Shown here one piece after another: positions 12,585-22,109 of a stretch of 64,000 bases of DNA. A program made the position numbers and the translations under genes. Location of the stretch: contig NW_026943821.1 of assembly GCF_035594765.1 (NCBI RefSeq), positions 17,515,608 to 17,579,607 on the forward strand, read 5' to 3'. Origin of the DNA: Anolis carolinensis (lineage: Eukaryota). A model generated the notes under the pieces. It did no database searches. It had not been told where the DNA came from and saw nothing but the letters and a program-made list of their open reading frames with translations. The stretch's first letter is position 1. Each line of letters starts with the position of its first letter.

Positions 12585-15500
12585 TATTTTTCTATCCCAC
12601 CAGTCCGAAGGGACTCGGGGCAGCTAACATGGGGCCAAGTCCAAAACAGAGGCAAAGTATAACAAGATTAAAGCCAATATCAATAACTAAGAAACAATGA
12701 TCACAACAATCAAATAAAATAAACAATTAAAACACAGCATACAATAAAACACATAGTGACCATACAAAATGAGGTAATAATACAATACTTGCAAACTGTT
12801 TTGAAGCATAGGTGTCCTCCTGAGAACTTAAATATACCTTCTTGGCTGGGATACTGAATGTCCAAATTTCTGTATTTATTTTGTAAAATAAACCCCCTCC
12901 AACTGTCCCAATTTGGCAGAGACAGTCCAGATTAATTCTCTGTCATCCCACTTTCTCAACTGCATTTAAAATGTCCCAGTTTCGTTCTCCTTCTCCCACT
13001 TTTTACTCCCTGTTAAAATCCTCTGTTCCAGTTGTTCTGTTTCCTGTTACGTTATAGCGTCACTCCATTATAACCAAACTTACTCATTCAAAAACACAGA
13101 AATCTCTTTTCTCTCCACAGGAGAGAGGGGGAAAAGTGGCAAGGGTTTTTCTTGTCTCATTTGTCTAATAGACATAATCTTGGAAGCTGTAGCGGGCTTT
13201 GTAATGTCTTAGCATTATGAATCATTGCAGCACTACTGCATCATTATGGCTGTATTTTTTAAAAAATAGAAAAGCAAATTATGAAATAAGAGGCAGAATA
13301 CAGAAATCGGTAATTATGACATTATAGTGTATGAAAGCAACCTATGACTGGCACTGTTAAAGCATGGCTGTGGCAAGTGGTGTTGCTAACAGATTTGTGT
13401 ACAAATGGGTATTGTATAACATTTTATTGATTAGCCCTTAGGCCCTGGCTGTGGCGCAGGCGGGAGAGCAAGCCAGTGCAATTAACTTCAATGAATCACT
13501 CTGACCAGGAGGTCATGAGTTCGAGCCCCGCTCGGAGCCTATGTTTGTTTGTCTTTGTTCTATGTTAAAAGGCATTAAATGTTTGCCTATATGTGTAATG
13601 TGATCCGCCCTGAGTCCCCTTCGGGGTGAGAAGGGCAGAATATAAATGCTGTAAATAAATAAATAAATAAATATCAAAGTACCAAGCCAAACAAACAGGC
13701 TTGAAAAGACCTGATTACATTCTATACAAAAATTAGATAAAACACTTTAACAATACAATAAATAAGTATGTTAAACTGAATGTATACATAATATTTCATT
13801 GTCACTCCTACAATTTACCCCATCAGCCCCACATATATGGATCTCAAACGTATTGTTTTGCTCAAATACAGAGCCATTTTATATGTTATTTTTGGATCTT
13901 GACTGCACATAAAATATTTGTTCTGATGTGTGTTTCCAATGCATTGTCCGTTTGATATATGGACCAAGGAACAAATCTCTCACCTTCTGATACAGTTTAC
14001 AGTCAAATAATATATGTGCTAAATCCTCAATTTCAGATGTTCCACAGATACAGAACCGTTCATTATAAGGGATGTCATTAAATCTCCCATATCTAACCAT
14101 TGTATCAAGCTGCTCAAATCTAGCTCGAGTAAAAACCTCCCTAAATGGGTATTGCCACAACTTCTAGGTCACTTCCAGCTCAAATATTCAGTGATTTTAT
14201 GATTCCTTAGAAACTGTCCACTGATAACTACCACAGCCTCTCCTAGTTTGCACGTTCTTCCTCATCAATAATTTCTGCCGCCTTGAACACATTCTGTTGT
14301 TGGTTGGTCATGTATGACCTGGTTTTATCTATAAAATGTTGGAGGATGTGCAGTCGCATAACTGTTGTTGCTCCTTCTTCCAGAGGCTTTCACATTGCTC
14401 CAGCTCCTGTACTGAATTATCAAACTATTAGCTGTGCCCGGCCACGCGTTGCTGTGGCGAAGTATGTTGAGACTGTACTGTATATTGATAATCTTATATT
14501 ATCTGCTTAGAACTGGATTATATGAGGCCCCTTCTTCATAGCTGTATAAAATGCACACTGAAGTGGATTATATGGCAGTGTGGAGTCAAGATAATCCAGT
14601 TCAAAGCAGATAATATAAGATTATAAATGGATTATATAGGTGTGTGGAAGGGCCTTGAGTCTACACTGCCATATAATCCACTTAAAATCTGATAATCTGT
14701 GGAAGAGGCCTAAGTGAGGCCTAACTCTGCCTGTCCCCTGGGCTGAGTAGGTTGCTAGGAGACCAAGTGGGCGGAGCTTAGCCTTCTAACTGGCAGCAAT
14801 TGGATAAAAACAATTATTCCTCTCCCTCTAATTAGAACTTTATTTTTCTTTTCTTTTTGTTGTATCAACCTAGAGCCGTGGATGATGGCTTGTGTTGTCA
14901 GATTTCGAGGTTGGGGGGCCTGTAGTTTTGTTGTTTTGCCCGGTGCCCTGATTCCATCACTCTTTTATATATATAGATGTATATAATTTCTTGCCATGTT
15001 CTTATGTCTTTTCTTTTCTTTTTCTATGCTCCTTCCATGCAGAACGATCCACACACGGATGGGAGATCACAGCCTCCGGGCCAATGAGGGTTCCGAGCAG
15101 TGCATCAAATCTGCGCAAAAATTCATCCATCCAGCCTACAACCCCTCCACACATGACAGTGACATCATGCTAATCCGGCTGGACAACTCTGCCAACATCA
15201 ATGAATATGTCCGGCCAATTGAACTGGCTACACAATGCACAAAGCCCAACACTCGCTGCGAGGTCTCGGGATGGGGAACCATCAAGACCCCCCAATGTAA
15301 TTACTTTTGAATACCTTTCACACAACACAGTTGTAGAGTTATTATTTCATTTTAATTGTCTTGATTCATCCAAAGGAATACTGGAATTTGCAGTTTAAGG
15401 AGGAGCATTTAGATTCTCAAAGTGCTCCAACTCCTCACCAAACTCCAAGATTCCACAGAAAGTTGCCATGGCAGTTAAAGTTATATATACAATAGAGTCT

Positions 15501-16614
15501 CACTTATCCAACATAAACGGGCCGGCCGAATGTTGGATAAGTGAAAATGTTGGATAATAAGGAGGGATTAAGGAAAAGCCTGTTAAACGTCAAATTAAGT
15601 TATGATTTTACAAATTAAGTACAGTAGAGTCTCACTTATCAAACACTCGCTTATCCAACGTTCTGGATTATCCAACGCATTTTTGTAGTCAATGTTTTCA
15701 ATACATCGTGATATTTTAGTGCTAAATTTGTAAATACAGTCATTACTACATAGCATTACTGTGTATTGAGCTACCTTTTGTTAGGTTTGTTGTATAACAT
15801 GATGTTTTGGTGCTTAATTTGTAAAATCATAACCTAATTTGATGTTTAATAGGCTTTTCCTTAATCTCTCCTTATTATCCAACATATTCGCTTATCCAAC
15901 GTTCTGCCGGCCTGTTTACGTTGGATAAGCGAGACTCTACTGTACCAAAAACATCATGTTTTACAACAAATCAACAGAAAAAGCAATTCAATACATGGGA
16001 ACGTTATGTAGTAATTACCGTATTTACGAATTTAGCACCAAAACATCTCAATGTATTGAAAACTGGCTACAAAATCACTGACTACTAAAAAAATTGACTA
16101 CAAATAAAGATAGACTTGCATAAAATGAACTTACAGTAGCAACATTGTCCATAAAAAGTTCAATCCTTGCTGTCTAGAGAAACAGATGTGAATCGGGGCA
16201 GGAGGCAAACTGCATTGGATAATCCAGAACATTGGATAAGCAAATGTTGGATAAGTGAGACTCTACTGTATATAGATAGATATGAAGGGCCCCTGGTAGC
16301 ACAGTGGATTAAACTGCTGAGTTGCTGAACTTGCTGACTGAAATGTCGGAGGTTCGAATCCGGGGAGTAGGGTGAGCTCCTGCTGTTAGCTCCAGCTTCT
16401 ACCAACCTAGCAATTCAAAAACATGCAAATGTGAGTAGATCAATAGGTACCGCTCCGGTGGGAACGTATTGGCGTTCCATGCAGTCATGCCCATGGCCAC
16501 ATGACCTCGGAGGTGTCTATGGACAACGCTGGCTCTTCGGCTTAGAAATTGAGATGAGCACAAACCCCCAGAGTCAGACACAACTGGACTTAATGTCAGG
16601 GGAAAACCTTTACC

Positions 16615-16660
<46 letters not shown>

Positions 16661-19507
16661 TATATATATATACACAGTAGAGTCTCACTTATCCAAGCTA
16701 AACGGGCCGATGGAAGCTTGGATAAGCAAATATCTTGGATAAAAAGGAGGTATTAAGGAAAAGCCTATTAAACATCAAATTAGGTTATGATTTTACAAAT
16801 TAAGCACCAAAACATCATGTTTTACAACAAATTTGACAGAAAAAGCAGTTCAATTCGCAGTAATGTTATCTTGTAATTACTGTATTTACGAATTTAGCAC
16901 CAAAATATCACAATATATTGAAAACATTGACTACAAAAATGGCTTGGATAATCGAGAAACTTGGATAAGCAAGGCTTGGATAAGTGAGACTCTACTGTAG
17001 ATAGATATGAAGGGCCCCCGGTGGTGCAGCGGATTAAACCGCTGAGTTGCTGAACTTGGTGACTGAAATGTCGGAGGTTCGAATCCAGGGAGTGGGGTGA
17101 GCTCCCACTGTTAGCCCCAGCTTCTACCAACCTAGTAGTTGGAAAACATGCAAATGATTTTTATGGTGTTTTAAATTAGCCTCCCCACATATAAGTGGTA
17201 CCTAAATTTCCTACTTGATAGATGCAACTATCTTTCGGGTTGCTTAGGTCAACAACAAGCAGGGGCTATATTTTAATTGTCGGGTGCTCACCCCGACATG
17301 GGCTGGCCCCGAACTCATGACCTCTTGGTCAGAGTGATTTATTGCAGCTGGCTGCTAACCAGTCTGCGCCACAGCCTGGCCCCAATCACATTCAATACAT
17401 CCCCGACAGATGGCCATCCAGCCTATGCTTAAAAGCCTCAAAAGAAGGAGTCTCTGCCACCTTGGCTACATTCTGTTGTTGCTTGGCCACATGAGTTCTG
17501 TTTTTCATCTGTCAAATGTTGGAGAGTGTACCATTATTCGAGTTCGGAACATCCCCTTCCTGCAGTTTGGTTGTGCCAGAGGGAGAGCTGAAAGTAAAAT
17601 GGGGAGAGCAAGAAACCACTTCATGTTTGAAACCAAAGTTTTTGTGGAGGGAGGCCTAAGCAGTTTTAGCTCACCTCTGGTTCTCCTTGGAGGTCAGATC
17701 ACTGTAGACCACATTACGATTTTCTGGTGCAGCATCCTCAGAGGCAGCTTCAGCAGGCCTTGGTGGTGGGGCCGATGGCTATCTCTGGATGTCCTGAGCA
17801 CATAAGTAAACTACCAATGTTCTTTGTTTGCAGCCGAGTTCCCGGACCTCCTGCAGTGTGCCACCGTCTACACAATATCAAATGAAGAGTGCAATAAGGC
17901 ATACCCGAATGCCATCACAGAAAACATGCTGTGTGCTACTGTGAGCGGAGGTGGCGTGGATTCCTGCCAGGTGAGTAGTCTTCTGTTGGCACAAAGAAGA
18001 GCAACAAACAAAGTCGATTTGGATGTGTTGTTGAAGGCTTTCATGGCCGGAATCACAGGGTTGTTGTGTGTTTTCCGGGCTGTATGGCCATGTTCCAGAA
18101 GTATTCTCTCCTGACGTTTTGCCCACATCTATGACAGGCATCCTCAGAGGTTGTGAGGATGCCTGCCATAGATGTGGGCAAAATGTCAGGAGAGAATACT
18201 TCTGGAACATGGCTATACAGCCAGGAAAACACACAACAATACAGATTTGGATGATGCGCATTTAGGACTATTAAGGCAGGAAATCTCCAGATGTCAGTTA
18301 TTTTTACAGCATTATCATCCTCCAGTCATCATTAGTAAGTAGCACTAGTGAGAATATCTCTCAATCCAAATTTGTAATTGAGGGGAGTGCAACCCCCACA
18401 TTTTATTAAATAGCAGTGTAAAAAAGGTAAAGGTTTCCCCTGATGTTAAGTCCAGTTGTGACCGACTCTGGGGGTTGGTGCTCATCTCCATTTCTAAGCC
18501 TAAGAGCCGGCGTTGTCCGTATACACCTCCAAGGTCATGTGGCCAGCATGACTGCATGGAACGCCCTTACCTTCCCGCTGGGGCAGTACCTATTGATCTA
18601 CTCACATTTGCATGTTTTGGAACTGCTAGGTTGGCAAGAGCTGGGGCTAACAGCAGGCGCACATTCCGCTCCCGGGATTTGAACCTGGGACCTTTTGGTC
18701 TGCAAGTTCAGCAGCTCAGCGCTTTAACACACTGTGCCACCAGTGTAGAAACACTGTTTTCTCTCTGTTGATTCAGCACCATCTACTGTTCAGTCTAACA
18801 TATGCAAGCTATAAACTCGATGCTAAAGGTAAAGGTTTCCACTGACTTTAAGTCCAGTCATGTCTGACTCTGGGGGTTGGTGCTCATCTCCATTTCTAAG
18901 CCTAAGAGCCGGCGTTGTCCGTATACACCTCCAAGGTCATGTGGCCAGCATGACTGCATGGAGCGCTGTTACCCTCCCACTGGAGCAGTACCTATTGATC
19001 TACTCACATTGGCATATTTTCGAAGTGCTAGGTTGGCAGGAGCTGGGGCTAACAGCGGGCGCTCATTCCGTTACCGGGATTTGAACCTGGGACCTTTTGG
19101 TCCGTAAGTTCAGCAGCTCAGCGCTTTAACACACTGTGCCACCAGTATAGAAACACTGTTTTCTCTCTGTTGATTCAGCACCATCTACTGTTCAGTCTAA
19201 CATGTGCAAGCTATAAACACGATGCTGCTTTTAACCTATTTCCATTTTTTGACACCATCTTGATTTCTAAGCCATAGGATAAGCAGAGGGTGCCTCGAAA
19301 TGAATAATTCTTTCCTTCTTCTTGCAGGGAGACTCTGGAGGGCCTCTGGTGTGCAATAATAAACTCCAAGGCATTGTCTCTTGGGGGATGCAAGTCTGTG
19401 CCCAAGCTGGGAAACCCGGGGTCTATACAAATATCTGCCAATTCACCGATTGGATTCAGAATACCATGCGTGGAAACACAGGCTACAGGGCTGCAGACAC
19501 CTGCTAA
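6219..19507 (+). CDS. Trypsin/kallikrein-like S1A serine protease, 5 coding exons, 261 aa
   Basis: Exons 6219-6261, 11477-11648, 15043-15296, 17834-17970, 19328-19507; all GT-AG, phases 1,2,1,0 as in trypsin/KLK genes. Signal peptide [17 protein letters not shown], activation site QDESR|IIGG, catalytic TAAHC, DSDIML and GDSGGP, S1 Asp189 (VDSCQG). AATAAA at 19542. Confidence 0.93.
6505..7010 (-). mobile_element. Non-autonomous RTE-like retroelement with (TAAG)n tail
   Basis: (TAAG)n tail; RTE-type 5'UTR motif GTGGTGAGGGGCTTGTGTGTTCCAATGAACC; no RT ORF. Confidence 0.55.
7130..8690 (+). mobile_element. Degenerate L2-clade LINE (APE and RT fragments) split by CR1
   Basis: LGDFHIH, PTH..TLDLVF (APE); [25 protein letters not shown] (RT); frameshifted. 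Confidence 0.8.
7735..8254 (-). mobile_element. CR1 LINE 3' end; shorter tails at 9706-9850, 17385-17460, 29378-29597, 58225-58440
   Basis: [38 protein letters not shown]2 end and (ATTCTATG)n tail. Confidence 0.9.
10254..10968 (+). mobile_element. Non-autonomous hAT (Charlie-like) element
   Basis: TIR CAGGGGTCCCCA..; 8-bp TSD CTCTACTG. Confidence 0.9.
10436..10758 (+). mobile_element. Mariner MITE
   Basis: Same TIR, TA TSD; lies inside the hAT element. Confidence 0.9.
11477..11648 (+). CDS. Serine protease exon 2 (IIGG, catalytic His)
   Basis: ctctag|..[35 protein letters not shown]|gtaag. Confidence 0.95.
12013..12530 (+). mobile_element. R4/Dong-clade retrotransposon 3' fragment (restriction-like endonuclease)
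   Basis: [34 protein letters not shown]..; followed by (TAA)n. Confidence 0.85.
13441..13670 (+). mobile_element. tRNA-derived SINE with L2-like tail
   Basis: Head GGCTGTGGCGCAG..GAGTTCGAGCC; tail GCCCTGAGTCCC..(TAAA)n. Confidence 0.65.
13681..14160 (-). mobile_element. Non-LTR retrotransposon ORF2 C-terminus (RTEX-like)
   Basis: [25 protein letters not shown] zinc-knuckle motif. Confidence 0.55.
14428..14977 (-). mobile_element. Non-autonomous Helitron
   Basis: A|TC 5' end, subterminal hairpin CCACAGCAACGCGTGG, CTAA|T 3' end; homologous to 30268-30806. Confidence 0.85.
15043..15296 (+). CDS. Serine protease exon 3 (catalytic Asp)
   Basis: [31 protein letters not shown]; AG/GT boundaries. 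Confidence 0.95.
15490..16268 (+). mobile_element. Long-form mariner MITE with an inverted MITE nested at 15622-15942
   Basis: Both TIR pairs present; TA duplication around the inner copy. Confidence 0.9.
16287..16614 (+). mobile_element. Sauria SINE
   Basis: tRNA-like head and ACCTTTACC tail. Confidence 0.9.
16675..16997 (+). mobile_element. Mariner MITE; further copies 22316-22634, 26963-27285, 29130-29691, 32212-32534, 33761-34385, 47265-47851, about 52030-52300, 59337-59659, 60693-60990, 62641-62942
   Basis: Shared TIR CAGTAGAGTCTCACTTATCCAA and TA flanks. Confidence 0.9.
17170..17383 (-). mobile_element. tRNA-derived SINE sharing its head with the 13441 element
   Basis: Minus strand reads GGCCAGGCTGTGGCGCAG..ATCACTCTGACCAAGAGGTCATGAGTTCG. 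Confidence 0.6.
17834..17970 (+). CDS. Serine protease exon 4
   Basis: 137-nt exon FPDLLQC..ITENMLC..DSCQ|gtgagt. Confidence 0.95.
18024..18240. mobile_element. Penelope-like element fold-back (inverted pLTR fragments); similar at 22110-22310 and 32565-32775
   Basis: Near-palindrome of the pLTR sequence containing degenerate hammerhead motifs. Confidence 0.75.
18423..19225 (-). repeat. Tandem duplication (about 402 bp x2) of a Sauria SINE plus unique flank
   Basis: 18423-18823 resembles 18824-19225, including about 85 bp of non-SINE flank. Confidence 0.85.
19328..19507 (+). CDS. Serine protease exon 5 (catalytic Ser, stop)
   Basis: [25 protein letters not shown]. Confidence 0.95.
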   Translation, partial: GDSGGPLVCNNKLQGIVSWGMQVCAQAGKPGVYTNICQFTDWIQNTMRGNTGYRAADTC

Positions 19508-19639
19508 TGTGAGTGTCAATGCACAGCAGCCTTAATGTCTGAATAAATTATGCAAAGCTGAGCTTGGGGTCTCGTCGCCTTCTTATTCTACAGGCCATTT
19601 GGGTTGTTGTTCTTGCTGTGATAGGTTGAGTCATTAAGA

Positions 19640-19961
19640 TAAAGGTTTCCCCTGATGTTAAGTCCAGTTGTGACCGACTCTGGGGGTCGGTGCTCATCTC
19701 CATTTCTAAGCCAAAGAGCTGGCGTTATCCATAGACACCTCCAAGGTCATGTGGCTGGCATGACTGCATGGAGCGCCCTTACCTTCCCGCCGGAGTGGTA
19801 CTTATTGATCTACTCACATTTGCATGTTTTCGAATTGCTAGGTTGGCAGGAGCTGGGGCTAACAGCGGGCACTCATTCCACTCCAGGATTTGAACCTGAG
19901 ACCTTTTGGTCCGCAAGTTCAGCAGCTCAGCGCTTTAACATACTGTGCCACCAGGGGCCCC
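19640..19961 (-). mobile_element. Sauria SINE; other copies 31667-31997, 33777-34083, 56960-57299
   Basis: Full-length consensus-like copies. Confidence 0.9.
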
Positions 19962-20680
19962 TATGATTAAGCAAAAATAAATCCTGAAAGTTCCTGCCTC
20001 TATGGTACTTAGCATAACATTTGAATCAGGTCAATATGAAAGAATTAGCTCCATGTTATACACGGTGGCACATTCTTATCAGCCTGAATATAAAATCAAG
20101 CAGTTAGTTTTGTTCTGAATTTCTTTTTTCCCCTTTGCTTTAATAATTCCATTTTACACATACAGACCAACCGAAAAGTTAAAACTTTAAAGACGTTAGA
20201 GTTTATTTTCCAACAAGCCAATCATGTGATCATTTTAGCTTTTCAATGTTGCATGGAAAGTATTATTTTGAATATTTCATCTGTCCTAATGACATGAATT
20301 TTCTAAGGCAGTTCATTAGACTGACTTGCCATAAACTAGGGGAGGCAGACAAGTTCCCTCCAGATACCTTTTACTACAACTCTCATGAGCTCTACCCATT
20401 GACTACTAGCAGTACAAAATATCTGGTGGATACTATATTGCCTAATCCCTATATGAAACAATTATCACTATTGGGAAGAAAACAAGAAAATCTGATTTTA
20501 CAATATTAAGTGCATTGAATACGTGATTCAGATGTAACAATCCATTGCCAAGGAGTGGGAGAAAGAAAAAGCAAAGAGTCAATGACAGATTATTATGCTG
20601 AACCTGATCCATCAAATGCAATAAAGAAACAAAACAATTTTCCTATCTTTTACTAAAATATTTTTAGAAATCCTCTATTT

Positions 20681-20815
20681 CAGTGGTTCTCAACCTGTAG
20701 GTCCCCAGGTGTTTGGGCCTACAACTCCGAGAAATCCCAGCCATTTTACCATCTGTTAGGATTTCTGGGAATTGAAGGCCAAAACATCTGGGGACCCATA
20801 TGTTGAGAACCACTG
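20681..20815. mobile_element. hAT MITE with SPIN/URR1-like termini
   Basis: TIR CAGTGGTTCTCAAC; TSD CTCTATTT/CCCTATTT. Confidence 0.8.
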
Positions 20816-21080
20816 CCCTATTTGTTTAGAAAGACAATGTAAAAAATACAAAAGGCTCCATGCTTGCTTTTGGCTTACAAAATCTTTTAACAGTGTTTTC
20901 TTGCCATTTATGTTTGTGTTCCATGTCAAATCTGACCTACTATAAAAAGAATCGTTTATTGTTTTTAGTTGAAATATCAAAGCTATACATCACTGCAAAA
21001 AAAATCCAACCCCAAGCTATCCTATCTATTGTAGATAGGCATCGCAGTAAAAGATTGCCCTCAGTCAATGAAGAGATTAC

Positions 21081-21762
21081 TCATTCCACTTCATCTTCAT
21101 CTTTGGAAGCATAGATAGCTTGATTTCGTCTTTTTATTCTCTTTGGACCACTGTTTTCTTCTTTCTTTTCACCACTTATCCTTTTCAGCAAGTTCTCACC
21201 GGGACTTTGGTCTCCCGGCTGTTTCTTTTCATTTGATTTCTCCAGTTCATCACCCAGAGAGTCAACAGTATCATTTGGTGACACAGTCATAGAATCTGGG
21301 AGGATCCTGATATCAGAAAATGTTGCAGAGATGCTCGAAGAGTCCTCAGGCGTTGGGTCCAACGAGGTCTCTGGACCTTCATCATCAGCACTGTCTTCAT
21401 CTAATATTATTTCATCAGGGTTCACAGATGATGACAAAGCAGAAGTATCTGTACTGTAGTCACTAGGCTCTTCTGCGGAGCCAGTACTGTCTATGGCCTC
21501 TTCTTCTTCCTCGTCATCATCTCCGTGTCCCAGGATATCTTCTTTCAGCTGCTGGATTTTGGCATTGATGTCTGTAAGCCCAAACCGCGCACAGAACTCT
21601 GTGGTCTGGGGATTGATTCTATGAACTGGTTCTGTGCGTTGCTGGGATGTGTTCGCATCATAACAAGCAACCATGGCGCTGAAATTATTTGGAACCTGAA
21701 GATCATGGTTTGCTTCTTCCAAAACGTCCTTGATGTCTTCTTCTGAAACACTGTAGTCCCAC
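21081..21762 (-). CDS. DBR1: DBR1 exon 8 (last coding exon)
   Basis: [36 protein letters not shown]. Confidence 0.95.
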
Positions 21763-22056
21763 CTACATTAAACGCAGGAAGGTTAGACCACAAGATTTAT
21801 TCCTCCTCTCTACCCACTTCAAGACAGACATCTCTCCTTCCAAAAAATAAATTCTCTATTAGTGGCAAGAATGTATATTGCTCAGAATCCAGTCAGTAAT
21901 AGCTTTTCTTAGTATGTCTGAGCAAGTGTGACAGCTCTGCGAAGCCACACTTAATAATTTCAGAAGCATAAGAGACTTTGGGATCTCTATTAAATCATGT
22001 AGTCCAGGGGTGACAAGCTCATTTTCAGCAAGGGCCACGTCAACCTTATTGTTGCC

Positions 22057-22109
<53 letters not shown>

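Noticed and set aside
16287-16380. tRNA-like A/B boxes
   Set aside because: These are SINE heads; no complete cloverleaf tRNA gene was found in the window.
18443-19966. Recurrent ORFs beginning [14 protein letters not shown], suggesting a small gene family
   Set aside because: Antisense readings of Sauria SINE copies.
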